64,000 nt of DNA. It comes from Spirochaetia bacterium. GTDB taxonomy: Bacteria > Spirochaetota > Spirochaetia > SZUA-6 > Bin103. The notes below the pieces were generated by a model. That model was not told the DNA's origin. It made no database searches and was given only the letters and a program-made list of their open reading frames with translations. The stretch covers positions 4,352,001 through 4,416,000 of the forward strand of contig CBDBDQ010000005.1 in the NCBI GenBank assembly GCA_965203905.1. Reading direction: 5' to 3'. Of the stretch, positions 29,423 through 39,253 are shown piece by piece. Numbering within the stretch: the first letter of the stretch is position 1; every line of letters starts with the position of its first letter. The position numbers and the translations under genes are program-made.

Positions 29423-31021
29423 ATGACACGTGTTTACGTGATGGTGTGCCGCTGGACGGCACTGGCCGTAGTCGCGGTGCTGGCGCTGGCCGGCTGCGAC
29501 GACTGGTTCCTGGGAGGGATGCCGGGCTCCGGCACCCGTGAGATCGCGGACTTCGAAACGCCGCGGTCGCGCTACGAGACCACTTCGATCACGGTGCGGG
29601 CTGCGACCCCGCTCAGGGCTGCCGCGGCTGCCGGCAGCCACGCCGACGTGGCGTCGGTCGAGGTGACGGTGGCCGGCAATGACCCCAACGACGTGTATCA
29701 GGATCCGCTCGCGGAGACGGAGTTGACCAAGGACGACAACGGGTGGAGCGGCTCCCTGTCCGGGTTGACCATCGGGACGCCGCTCACCTTCAGCGCCGCG
29801 GCACTCTCCGCCGCCGAGACGGCGCTGTTCAAGGGTACCATGACCGCCACCCTCGACGACGAAAGCGACACGGTGACCATCGGCCTGAGCGCGGTCGACG
29901 ACGGCGCGTCCAATCGCATTCCGGTGGTCACCGGCATTACGGTGGCAACGGTGGTGACCGACGCCGAGGCCGCGGTGCGAGTCACGGTTACCGGCAGCGG
30001 CAGCGAGGCTCTCGACTACGAGTTCAGCGGCGGAACGTTCACGCCGGCCACGGGGAGCGTCACCCTGACGAACGGCTCCGGCACCATCACCAGCAGCTAC
30101 ACGGCACCGGCGAACGCCGGAACCTACAGCGCGCAGTTGCGGGTGGCCAACGCCCAGGGACACCGCGTCGAGGTGGAGTTCGAGATTGCGGTGGGAAAGG
30201 GTGCCGCGGCGCAGAGCGGTGCGATCGCGCTCGATACCGCCCTCGGACCGGTAGTGACGGCGCTGGTGGGCAAGCGTACTCCGGGCGGCGTGCGCTGGAC
30301 CGCGGAGGTCTCCACGCAGGGCAAGGCGAGCTTCGTCTGGAGCTTCAGCGGGTCCGGCGGCAGCTTCACCGACGCGACCGCCAATCCCACCGTGCTGACC
30401 GGCTACACCGAAGCCACCACCGGCACGCTGCAGGTGACCGTGACCGACGCCGCCGGGCTGGAGACCACCGCCAGTGTCGTGGTCGCCGCCGGGATGTTTC
30501 CTGACGCCCTGGCACCCGCGCCCGCGGTGCTGGTGATCAACGAGATCGACTACGACACTCCGGACGGTGGCGATCCGTACGAGTTCGTCGAGATCTACAA
30601 CTCCGGGGGCTCGACCGTCGACCTGAGCGGCTACCGCTTCGAACTGGTGAACGGCACTGACGGCAGGCCCTACGGCTCCTACGACGGCACCGGCTCGCTT
30701 GCCGCCGGCGGCTACTTTCTGTTCGCGAAGCAAGCCGTAATCGACAGCAGTCCGCCGGTGACGCCGGTGCTGCTCACCGACAGCGTGCAGAACGGCCCGG
30801 ACGGGATCCGCATCGTCGAGAAGGCAACCGGACGGGTGATCGACAGCGTGCACTACAAGGGGATGGTCCCCGGCTCCGGCGAGGGCACCCCCGCGCGCAC
30901 CGACTCGGGATCTGCCTCAAGGTCGATCGGGCGCTGTCCGGACGGCTTCGACAGCAACGACAACGGGCTCGACTTCACGCTCATGGCAGCCACGCCGGGC
31001 GCGGCCAACACCTGCTCGTAG
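29423..31021 (+). CDS. Surface lipoprotein with Ig/PKD-like beta domains and a C-terminal lamin-tail domain
   Basis: Lipobox LAGC; Thr/Ser/Gly-rich beta repeats; LVINEIDYD..EFVEIYN..VDLSGY..QNGPDG..SIGRCPDG..TPGAAN. Confidence 0.85.
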   Translation: MTRVYVMVCRWTALAVVAVLALAGCDDWFLGGMPGSGTREIADFETPRSRYETTSITVRAATPLRAAAAAGSHADVASVEVTVAGNDPNDVYQDPLAETELTKDDNGWSGSLSGLTIGTPLTFSAAALSAAETALFKGTMTATLDDESDTVTIGLSAVDDGASNRIPVVTGITVATVVTDAEAAVRVTVTGSGSEALDYEFSGGTFTPATGSVTLTNGSGTITSSYTAPANAGTYSAQLRVANAQGHRVEVEFEIAVGKGAAAQSGAIALDTALGPVVTALVGKRTPGGVRWTAEVSTQGKASFVWSFSGSGGSFTDATANPTVLTGYTEATTGTLQVTVTDAAGLETTASVVVAAGMFPDALAPAPAVLVINEIDYDTPDGGDPYEFVEIYNSGGSTVDLSGYRFELVNGTDGRPYGSYDGTGSLAAGGYFLFAKQAVIDSSPPVTPVLLTDSVQNGPDGIRIVEKATGRVIDSVHYKGMVPGSGEGTPARTDSGSASRSIGRCPDGFDSNDNGLDFTLMAATPGAANTCS

Positions 31022-31274
31022 GCTGCGGCGCGGCTCGGTGCGGGCCGCTGGCCGCGTTGCCGGAACTGCCGCCGGGCGTCCACCGACGTACGGCGGCAGT
31101 TCCGCTCCCAGCGCCACCCCCTCCGTTGTCATCCGGTGGTGCGAGTCGATCCGTTGGAGCCGCTTCATGCGTCATACGACGGAGATCAGTTAATCGAGCT
31201 GACAAATTGCCTTGCGGCACTCTCCTTGGCTATAGTAAGGCCACTCAGTAAAGGCGATTCCAAGAGAGGTATGC

Positions 31275-31613
31275 ATGCCCACTTACGACTATGAGTGCTC
31301 GAACGGTCACCAGTTCGAATACCTGCAGTCGATCACCGCCGAGCCGCTGTCGGAGTGCATCACCTGCGGCGGGCCGGTGCGCCGGCTCATCGGCGGCGGC
31401 ACCGGTATCATCTTCAAGGGATCGGGCTTCTACGTGACCGATTCCAAGAACGGCAAGCACGCAAAGCAGCCCGCGAAGAAGGAAGAGGGCAGCGCCGACA
31501 CCGCCACCAAGGACGGTTCCGCGAAGAGCGGCGAGAAGGGCAGCGACAAGAAGCCCGCCGAGTCCTCGAAGTCGAGCGGCGACAAGGCGACCAAGTCAGC
31601 GGCCGCTACCTGA
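31275..31613 (+). CDS. FmdB family zinc-ribbon protein
   Basis: MPTYDYECSNGH..CITCG..GIIFKGSGFYVTD with Lys/Ser-rich tail; GAGAGG RBS. Confidence 0.92.
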   Translation: MPTYDYECSNGHQFEYLQSITAEPLSECITCGGPVRRLIGGGTGIIFKGSGFYVTDSKNGKHAKQPAKKEEGSADTATKDGSAKSGEKGSDKKPAESSKSSGDKATKSAAAT

Positions 31614-32781
31614 TCCAGTCGCCGTCGAAGCGGGTGGTCTGCGCCGTCGCGGTCGCTTCCTCCACCAGCGATCCCATTGCGAGCCGCTCATAGGAAGCGC
31701 GCAGTTCCGGCACTTCGGGATTGATCACCGGATGCCGCGGCGCGAACAAGGTGCAGCAATCGGGGTACGGCAGCGTAGAGATGGCGAAGGTGCCGATCGC
31801 GCGCGCCAGCGCTATGATCGCCTCCTTGGACTGGCCGATGAGGGGACGCAGCACCGGCAGCGCGGCGTAGCTGCCGGTGAGGTGCAGGCTCGGTACCGTC
31901 TGACTGGCAACCTGGCCGAGGCTCTCTCCGGTGACCAGGCACCCGTGACCCTGCTCGCGGGCGATGATGCTGGCGATCTGCATCATGGCGCAGCGCATCA
32001 GCAGGGTGACCTCCGCCGCCGGAGCCGCTTCCTTGATGCGCACCTGCAGCGGGGTGAATGCCACGACGTACAGCGTCACACGCGGCACGAAGCGGCTCAC
32101 GGTGCAGGCCAGGGAGTGTACCTTTTCTTCCGCCTCCGTCGAAGTGAACGGGTAGGAGTGGAAGTACACGGCGTCCAGCGCCAGTCCGCGGCCTCCCATC
32201 AGGTACCCGGCTACCGGCGAGTCGATCCCGCCTGACAACAACAGCAGGCCGCGCCCGGAGCATCCCACCGGCAGCCCGCCCGGCCCGCGCCGCTGCTGGG
32301 CGTAGGCGTAGATCCGGTCGCGCACCTCCACGTTGACCGTAACCTCCGGCCGGTGCACGTCCACGGCCACCTCGGGCATCCGCTCGCGCAGCAGGTCACC
32401 GAGCAGGTAGGCGATGTCATAGGAGGTGAGGGCGAAGCTCTTGTCCTCGCGGCGCGCCTCCACCTTGAAGCTGCGCGGCGCCGGGCCGGCGGCCAACTCG
32501 GCGGCGAGCGCATCGGCGGCTTCCGCGAATACCGATTCCGTCTTGGGAAACCGCAGCACGCGGGCGAACGAGACCACGCCGAAGGTGGCGGCCAGGAGCT
32601 GTTCCGCGGCGGCGGCGAACCGGTCGTCCACCGTGATGAACACCCGCCCCCAGGTGCGGCGCGCGCGGGCCGTCCCGCGCGGCAGCCGTGAGGTTATGTT
32701 GCGGATCAGGCGCTGCTCGAATGCCGCCCGGTTGGCTCCCTTGAGCGAGATCTCGCCGTACTTGACCAGAAACTCGGTCAT
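31606..32781 (-). CDS. thiI: tRNA 4-thiouridine synthase ThiI (no rhodanese domain)
   Basis: KYGEISLKG, THUMP region, SGGIDS PP-loop, TGESLGQVASQT, PYPDCC. Confidence 0.95.
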   Translation of the reverse strand: MTEFLVKYGEISLKGANRAAFEQRLIRNITSRLPRGTARARRTWGRVFITVDDRFAAAAEQLLAATFGVVSFARVLRFPKTESVFAEAADALAAELAAGPAPRSFKVEARREDKSFALTSYDIAYLLGDLLRERMPEVAVDVHRPEVTVNVEVRDRIYAYAQQRRGPGGLPVGCSGRGLLLLSGGIDSPVAGYLMGGRGLALDAVYFHSYPFTSTEAEEKVHSLACTVSRFVPRVTLYVVAFTPLQVRIKEAAPAAEVTLLMRCAMMQIASIIAREQGHGCLVTGESLGQVASQTVPSLHLTGSYAALPVLRPLIGQSKEAIIALARAIGTFAISTLPYPDCCTLFAPRHPVINPEVPELRASYERLAMGSLVEEATATAQTTRFDGDWIR

Positions 32782-33956
32782 CGGGCCACCGCGCGCAGAG
32801 GCGGCAACTCGCGCTCCAGGGCTTGCAGCAGGCGGCCGATGTCGCCTTCGCTCGTGGTCCACCCCACGGACACGCGGAAGGCACCGCCGGCCACATCCAC
32901 GGGGACGCCCATGGCACGCAGCACCGGAGAGATCCTGTTGCGGCCGGAGGCGCAGGCGGAGCCGCGCGACACGTAGACGCCCCGGTCGCTGAGCACGCGC
33001 ACCAGCACCTCGGCCGGCACCCCGGGTGCCGCCAGGCAGGTGATGTAGGGTGAGTAGCGCTGCGGCAGGTCGCGGCGCTGCTCCGGCACCACCTGCAGTC
33101 CCAGCCGCTCGGCGCCGGCAGCCAGTTGCGCCTGCAAGGTGCGCGCGTGGCACAGATGCCGCGCGGCCGCCGGTGCCAGGGCGGCTGCCTGGCGGGCGAA
33201 GGCGGTGATCCCGGCCACGTTCTCGGTGCCCGCGCGGCGTCCGCCCTCCTGTCCACCGCCGCGGGTGAGCGGCTCGAACGGCACCTGGCCGCGCAGCCAC
33301 AGGGCGCCGACGCCGACCGGGCCGCCCAGCTTGTGCGCGCTGACGGCGGCGCTGTCGGCGGCGGTCAGCGGTACCTCGAGACCGCGGCACAGGGCCTGCA
33401 CGGCGTCGGTGTGGAAGTGGACGGGGCGGCCGCGGCGTCGCGCGTGGTCGCGTACCAGCTCCAGTGCCTGCCCCAGCGGCTGGATCGCCCCGGTCTCGTT
33501 GTTCACCGCGATCACCGCCACCAGCCGGGTGTCGTCGTCCAGGCAGGCGGCCAGATGGTCCAGGTCGACCAGGCCGTCGGCGCCGACCCGCACCTCGCGC
33601 ACGGGGAATCCGATCCGTGCCAGCAGCCGCGCCGGCTCGGCCACCGCCGCGTGCTCCACGGCGGAGTGAACGACGCCGCGGCGGAAGGCCGAGCGGGCAT
33701 CGCGGCGCAGGTGTGCGAGCGGGGAGTAGAGCACCAGGTGGTCCGCCTCCGTGGCGCCGCCGGTGGCCACGATCTCCTCGGGTGGGCAGCCGAGCACCGC
33801 CCCAAGCCGGGCCCGCGCGGCGCCGAGCGCCTGGCGCTGCTGCCGCCCGCAGGCGTGCGCGGAGGAGGGATTGCCGAGCCGGTAGTCGGCCGGCTCCGGG
33901 GCCTGCGGCGGCGCCGTGGCCGCCCAGTCGAGGTAGGTCATCGCTGCGCTCGCCAT
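32778..33956 (-). CDS. Cysteine desulfurase (class V aminotransferase; NifZ-like partner of ThiI)
   Basis: YLDWAAT, NNETG, HTDAVQ, SAHKLGG (PLP Lys), GSAC catalytic Cys; coupled to thiI. Confidence 0.92.
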   Translation of the reverse strand: MASAAMTYLDWAATAPPQAPEPADYRLGNPSSAHACGRQQRQALGAARARLGAVLGCPPEEIVATGGATEADHLVLYSPLAHLRRDARSAFRRGVVHSAVEHAAVAEPARLLARIGFPVREVRVGADGLVDLDHLAACLDDDTRLVAVIAVNNETGAIQPLGQALELVRDHARRRGRPVHFHTDAVQALCRGLEVPLTAADSAAVSAHKLGGPVGVGALWLRGQVPFEPLTRGGGQEGGRRAGTENVAGITAFARQAAALAPAAARHLCHARTLQAQLAAGAERLGLQVVPEQRRDLPQRYSPYITCLAAPGVPAEVLVRVLSDRGVYVSRGSACASGRNRISPVLRAMGVPVDVAGGAFRVSVGWTTSEGDIGRLLQALERELPPLRAVAR

Positions 33957-33958
33957 CG

Positions 33959-35494
33959 TCAGCCGAAGATCTTCGATCGGTTGTCGATGATCTTGATGAT
34001 CAGATCCAGCAGCACGGTGGCGAAGCCGGCAACGACCACCACTTCGCCGAGAACCTGCTTGGTGCTGCTCCAGGCGTTCCGTTCGGCAAGAATCGTGGCG
34101 CCCGGTTCCGGCTGCGTATACAACGTGCCGTGGCTGCGCCGGTGGTCGCTATCGATCACCGTAAAACGGGGAGCGCCGTCTTCGGTCAGGCCGCCCGCGC
34201 TGCGCAGGTAGTCGCCGATCGTGTGCCCCGCGACGTGCGGCACCGCGCGCGGCGTGTTCACCTCGCCTCCGAGGTACACGTTGAGGTCGCGCATCGGCAC
34301 GTGGAGCTGATCGCCGGGCTCCAGCGGAAGATCGAGCCCGCGGTCGCGGGTCTCCCAGAGCAGGCCCACGTTGACCGGTACGCGTGCGCCGGTGGCGGCG
34401 CGCAGCACGGTGCTCCGTTCCGGCTGCGCCAGCGGGGTGGGACCGCCCACCAGGTCCAGCACTTCCAGCACCGACATTCCGCCGTGGAACGGGAGCAACA
34501 GCACGAGTTGCCTGGTGGGGAGCTGGACCGGGGAGTCGACGGCCGTGGGCTGGCCGAACAAGGCCCCCTGGACCAGAACCTGGCGTCGCGGGTGGGCGGC
34601 CGCCGAGACCGTGACCCGGTCGCCGGTTACCAGGCGGAAGGCGCGGCGCTCCGCGGCCGTGAGGCGCAGCACCTCGGGGACCCCGGCACGGGCACGGATG
34701 ACGGACAGGGAGATTTCGCCCGCGGCCGCGAGCACCCCACCGGCGAAACGGATCAGGTCGTCGATCCCTTCACCGACCAGCAGGTCGAAGGCGCCGGGAA
34801 AGGCCACCAGGCCGTCGATCGTCACCAGCCGTTCGGCACGCGGTACCCGCACCCGATCGCCGGGCGCCAGAGTTGGGTTGGCAGCCAGCTCGCCGCGGGT
34901 GGAGAAGCGCGTCAGATCGAGCGCCGCCACGCCGCCGTCGCGGGTCAGCTCGACACGCCGCAGACTGGCGCCGACCTGCGGTCCCTTGGCGGCGGTGACC
35001 AGGTCGGAGACCCGCGACAGCGGGGTCATGGTGTAGATCCCCGGGTTGACCACACCGCCGAAGATGAACACGTCGAACAGCGCCGGCTGGCGCAGCACGA
35101 AGCTGGCGAAGCGTACCGTTCCCTGGGACTTGATGCGGCGCACCACCTCGCGCCGCACGTCGCTGAACAGCCTGCCCTCGACCGCGATCGTCCCGAGGTA
35201 CGGGATCTCCAGCTCGTAGTCGTCCTGCAGCACCAGGGGAAAGGTGGCAACCCGCTCGGAACCGACCTGGATCTGCAATTCATAGGTGTCGCCCGCCGTC
35301 ATGCGGTAGCTGGTGGCGCTGAGGATACGCTGGCGCAGCATCTGGGCGTTCCCGGTGATGGCGCCAAGCGGCACCTGCTGGCGGAATTCCTCTCCGTCCT
35401 GAGCCGGGAGAGGACTCGCGGCGGCCAGCAGCGCCAGACCGACCACGGCCAGCCGCTGCCGCAGGAGGGTTGCCAGGTCGCGCGTCGCAGCCAT
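33959..35494 (-). CDS. SLBB-domain / polysaccharide export-like protein
   Basis: Signal peptide; YRMTAGD, IPYLGTI, GGVVNPG, GLVAFPG, GEVNTP repeats; C-terminal hydrophobic helix. Confidence 0.8.
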   Translation of the reverse strand: MAATRDLATLLRQRLAVVGLALLAAASPLPAQDGEEFRQQVPLGAITGNAQMLRQRILSATSYRMTAGDTYELQIQVGSERVATFPLVLQDDYELEIPYLGTIAVEGRLFSDVRREVVRRIKSQGTVRFASFVLRQPALFDVFIFGGVVNPGIYTMTPLSRVSDLVTAAKGPQVGASLRRVELTRDGGVAALDLTRFSTRGELAANPTLAPGDRVRVPRAERLVTIDGLVAFPGAFDLLVGEGIDDLIRFAGGVLAAAGEISLSVIRARAGVPEVLRLTAAERRAFRLVTGDRVTVSAAAHPRRQVLVQGALFGQPTAVDSPVQLPTRQLVLLLPFHGGMSVLEVLDLVGGPTPLAQPERSTVLRAATGARVPVNVGLLWETRDRGLDLPLEPGDQLHVPMRDLNVYLGGEVNTPRAVPHVAGHTIGDYLRSAGGLTEDGAPRFTVIDSDHRRSHGTLYTQPEPGATILAERNAWSSTKQVLGEVVVVAGFATVLLDLIIKIIDNRSKIFG

Positions 35495-35583
35495 CTGGCG
35501 CGATCCTACCTGCCAGCGGCGGCGTCCGGCAATGGATTGGACCGCCGCCGCACCCACCGCGCGCGATCCGTTGCTGCGGGGGA

Positions 35584-36726
35584 TCAGCGGTCCTGGGTCG
35601 GATCCGCGGCGTCTCTCAGCCCGTCGCCGACGAAGTTGAAGCAGAGCACGGTGACGATCACGAAGATGGCCGGGATCAGCAGCCAGGGAGCCAGCGAGAC
35701 GCTGCGGAAGTTCTGCGCCTGCTGCAGCAGCACGCCCCAACTGACCACTGGAGCACGCAGGCCGACGCCGATGAAGCTGAGCGCGGTCTCGCCCAGGATC
35801 ATCCCCGGTATCGCCAGCGTGAGGTGGACGATCAGAAAGCTCATGAATCCGGGCAGCAGGTGGCGGCCGATGGTGCTCAGCTCGGTGGCGCCCGCGATCT
35901 TGGCGGCGAGCACGTAGTCCTCGACCCGGAGCTGCAGCAGCTTCCCGCGCACCACCCGCGCCAGGCCGGTCCAGCCCACGATCGAGAGAATGACGGTGAT
36001 CATGAAGTAGACCGCGATCGGATCCCACTCGCTCGGTACGGCGACCGCCAGGGCCATCCAGATCGGCAGGGTGGGAAGTGCGGTGAGGAACTCGATCAAA
36101 CGCTGAATCAGCATGTCGACCGGCCCCCCGAGGTAGCCCGACAGCCCCCCGAGCAGGCAGCCGATGACGAAGCTGATCGCAACCCCGACCAGGCCGATGG
36201 TGAGCGACACGCGCGCACCGGCGACGGTGCGCGAGTACATGTCGCGTCCCAGCCGGTCGGTCCCGAACAGGAACAGCGTGCCCGGTTCGTCCACCCCGAT
36301 GAAGCGCAGATCGGTACGCACCACGCCGAGGAGCTTGTACGCATCGCCGTGCACGAAGAAGCGGATAGGGTAGACGGTCTTGCCGTCCTCCACGTAGCTC
36401 CGGCGGTAGGTCTCCGGGTCGACCGCGACCTCCAACCCATAGACGAAGGGACGCTGCAGCGTGCCGTCGTGGAGCAGCCGGATTCGCTGCGGCGAAGCGA
36501 GCGAGTAATCGCCGAACCGGCGCAGCGTGTCGTGGGTGGAGAAGAACCCGGCGAACAGCGATCCGACGACGTAGAACAGCAGCAGCACGCTGCCGCCGGC
36601 CAGCGCCATGCGGTGCTTGAAGAACTTGCGCCGCATCAGCGTCCAACTGGATGCGACGTAGTAACGTTCCGCCTCCCGTTCACGGGCAGCCGAACTCACC
36701 CGCCGGCGGCCGCGCAACCGATTCAT
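35584..36726 (-). CDS. Peptide-type ABC transporter permease (DppC/OppC-like)
   Basis: LFGTDRLGRD, ARVVRG..EDYVLAAKIAGA, ETALSFIGVG, NFVGDGLRDAADP. Confidence 0.93.
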   Translation of the reverse strand: MNRLRGRRRVSSAAREREAERYYVASSWTLMRRKFFKHRMALAGGSVLLLFYVVGSLFAGFFSTHDTLRRFGDYSLASPQRIRLLHDGTLQRPFVYGLEVAVDPETYRRSYVEDGKTVYPIRFFVHGDAYKLLGVVRTDLRFIGVDEPGTLFLFGTDRLGRDMYSRTVAGARVSLTIGLVGVAISFVIGCLLGGLSGYLGGPVDMLIQRLIEFLTALPTLPIWMALAVAVPSEWDPIAVYFMITVILSIVGWTGLARVVRGKLLQLRVEDYVLAAKIAGATELSTIGRHLLPGFMSFLIVHLTLAIPGMILGETALSFIGVGLRAPVVSWGVLLQQAQNFRSVSLAPWLLIPAIFVIVTVLCFNFVGDGLRDAADPTQDR

Positions 36727-37721
36727 GCCGTGGCCTCCCGCGCGAACCTGATTCGCGGGTCGACCAGCACCAGCAGCAGGTCCGAGATCAGCATCCCAAT
36801 GATGGCCAGGGCGCTCAGCAGCATCACCAGGCTCCCGGCGAGGTACATGTCCTGTCCCTGCTGCGCCGCCAGCAACAGCGGTCCGACGGTGGGCAGGCCG
36901 AGCACCAATGCGGTGAGCGTTTCCCCCGAGATGATCGCGGGAAGGAGCCAGCCGACCGTGCTCACGATCGGGTTGATCGCGATACGGAGCGGATACTTGA
37001 ACAGCAGGCGGCCTTCCTCCAGGCCCTTGGCGCGGCCGGTAAGCACGTACTGCTTGCGCAGCTCGTCGAGCAGTGCGGCGCGCATCACGCGAATCAGGCC
37101 CGCGGTGCCGGCGGTGCCGACTACGATGAGCGGAATCGGCAGATGCTTCATCAGGTCCACGATCTTGGCCAGGTTCCACGGGGAAAACTCGAACTCCGGG
37201 GAGAACAGTCCGCCGACGCTCCAGCCGAAGTACTTGAACACGATGTACATCAGGATCAGGGCGAGCAGGAAGTTGGGGGTGGCCAGACCGATGAAGCCGA
37301 ACGCGGTAGCGGCGTAGTCGGTAAACGAGTACTGATGCGTGGCCGAGTAGATGCCGATCGGAATCGCGATCACGTAGGTGAGCACGAGGGTGAGCAAGGC
37401 GATGGTGACCGTGAGCAGCAGGCGCTGGCCGATCAACTCGGTCACCGGCTGGTTGTAGGCGAACGACTCTCCCATGTCGCCGCGCAGCAGGTTGCCGAAC
37501 CACTTCAGGTACCGCTGCATGAACGGGAGGTTCAGGCCGTAGCGCTCCTCCAGATCCCTGATCTGCTCCACGTCCACCTGCACGCCGGCGTTGCGCAGCT
37601 GCTGGATCAGGTTGTCGAGGAAGTCGCCCGGCGGCAGCTCGATCAGCACGAAGGAAACGAAGGAGAGCAGCAGGAGGAGGACCGCCATGTAGACGATCCT
37701 CTGGACGATGTAGCTCAGCAT
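36723..37721 (-). CDS. Peptide-type ABC transporter permease (DppB/OppB-like)
   Basis: LPPGD, GDMGESF, YVLTGRAKGL, DPRIR. Confidence 0.93.
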   Translation of the reverse strand: MLSYIVQRIVYMAVLLLLLSFVSFVLIELPPGDFLDNLIQQLRNAGVQVDVEQIRDLEERYGLNLPFMQRYLKWFGNLLRGDMGESFAYNQPVTELIGQRLLLTVTIALLTLVLTYVIAIPIGIYSATHQYSFTDYAATAFGFIGLATPNFLLALILMYIVFKYFGWSVGGLFSPEFEFSPWNLAKIVDLMKHLPIPLIVVGTAGTAGLIRVMRAALLDELRKQYVLTGRAKGLEEGRLLFKYPLRIAINPIVSTVGWLLPAIISGETLTALVLGLPTVGPLLLAAQQGQDMYLAGSLVMLLSALAIIGMLISDLLLVLVDPRIRFAREATA

Positions 37722-39253
37722 CTCCCGCTCGGAAGCTCGGCAATGCGTCCAGAATACGATACCACGCGTCCGAGCGCGATCCCGGCTCCGTCGCCGGCGG
37801 GGTTGCGGCGCCCGGTGACGCGGACCTCCAGCTCGTGCTCGCCGTCAGCCAGCCCGGTGACCCACACCGCCGTGCACTGGCAGGCATTTTCCCAGTGCCG
37901 GGGATGGTACATGTCCCGCGTCTGCACCAGCTCGCCGTCGATCCACGCCTCCAGCACGCCGTTGCTGCAGTGCAGGTCGCCCTGTACGTAGATCACGTTG
38001 CCGCGAAAGGTGACCTGCAGCGAGTCTCCCGGCGTATCGCTGTGCCGCAGCATCTCCCCCTTTTCGCTCGGGCGCCAGGTTCCGCGCCACGCCAGCCGCG
38101 GGTCGCCGTCAACGAACACGTCGACCGGTTCCAGCCCGGGGAAGGAGACCTCCGCCGGCCAATCGCAGTGGAACGGCTGGCGTCTCACCAGTACGTCGGA
38201 ACCCTGCTCGCGTCCGCCGTGGGCCACGACGTTGGCCAGCGCCAGCCGCACGCACTCCTCGGAAGCGGTGACGATCGAATAGTCGGTATGGCGGTAGACC
38301 CGGTTGAGGTAGGGCCACATCTGTTTCCTGACCCGGTCCGGCAGCCCCTCGTAGCCCACCAGGGTTCCCATGATGCCGCCGGTGTTGGCCACGTTGCTGT
38401 CGGTGTCCTGCCCCGCGCGGGTGGTGATCTCGATCGAGCGGTAGTAGTCGCCGTCGCCGTAGAGCAGGCCCAGGGCCACGTAGGAGCCGTTGAAGCTGGC
38501 CTGGATGTTGAACCTGCCGCCGGGCTCCGTCGGCCCCCACGGGCACAGGTCCCGGTTCCACTTGCGCTCGATCTCGCGCCAGGCCGCGCGCCAGTCGCCG
38601 GGATGCTCGCGGTGCCAGCCCAGCAGGTCGTCGATCAGCCGCCCGTAGTTGCTGTCGGCCGGGATCGCGCGCCGCCCCAGCTCGACGACGCGCCGGGGAT
38701 CGCTCTCGAAGTACGCGGCCGCGTACATGGCGGTGAAGAACATGCCGCCGTAGATGCCGTCGCCGTAGTTCACCACCCGGCCCTGGCGCCGGCACAGGTC
38801 CTGGGCCGCCTCCGGCAGCCCCGGCGAGATCATGCCGATGTAATCGCACTCGATCTGGAAGTCGATGTCGTCGGCATGCGGGTTGTAGGCCGGATGCCCG
38901 GACAGCTCCGCCGGTATTCCCTCCAGGAGGTTCTGGCGCGCCTGGCCGTTGGCGTGCCACACCAGGAACGCCGCCTCCCGATAGGGCGTGGCGAAGTCTT
39001 CGGAGGTCGCGCCGAGACCCTTGGCGGCGACCACAGCGAGCATCCCCATGTTCATGTAGAGGTCGTCCTCGTTGACCAGCCAGTCGCGCAGGGCATGCTC
39101 CTGCACGTCGACGGCGCCCTCGAAGGTGCGGCCGTTGAAGGCGAACTCCAGCGGCTCACCCATCGCGGCGCCGTACGACTTGCCGACCCAGGCGCCGAGG
39201 ATCCGGTCCTCCAGCACGAACCGGGGGATGCGGGTCAGCGGCTCAGGTCTCAC
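37715..39253 (-). CDS. ADP-ribosylglycohydrolase family protein with C-terminal beta-sandwich
   Basis: GAAMGEPLE, NEDDLY, DDIDFQIE, GQDTDSN metal-binding motifs. Confidence 0.85.
   Translation of the reverse strand: MRPEPLTRIPRFVLEDRILGAWVGKSYGAAMGEPLEFAFNGRTFEGAVDVQEHALRDWLVNEDDLYMNMGMLAVVAAKGLGATSEDFATPYREAAFLVWHANGQARQNLLEGIPAELSGHPAYNPHADDIDFQIECDYIGMISPGLPEAAQDLCRRQGRVVNYGDGIYGGMFFTAMYAAAYFESDPRRVVELGRRAIPADSNYGRLIDDLLGWHREHPGDWRAAWREIERKWNRDLCPWGPTEPGGRFNIQASFNGSYVALGLLYGDGDYYRSIEITTRAGQDTDSNVANTGGIMGTLVGYEGLPDRVRKQMWPYLNRVYRHTDYSIVTASEECVRLALANVVAHGGREQGSDVLVRRQPFHCDWPAEVSFPGLEPVDVFVDGDPRLAWRGTWRPSEKGEMLRHSDTPGDSLQVTFRGNVIYVQGDLHCSNGVLEAWIDGELVQTRDMYHPRHWENACQCTAVWVTGLADGEHELEVRVTGRRNPAGDGAGIALGRVVSYSGRIAELPSGRC

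Noticed and set aside
31022-31260. Possible ncRNA in the gap before the FmdB gene
   Set aside because: No recognisable family motif; the gap is explained by GC-rich hairpins and a promoter-like TTGCCT-N18-TATAGT.
13208-36646. Apparent fusion ORFs 13208-15079, 18019-19215, 28634-31021, 31606-33390 and 33959-36646
   Set aside because: The N-terminal extensions are stop-free alternate frames of upstream DNA; real starts are internal, with coupling or signal peptides.
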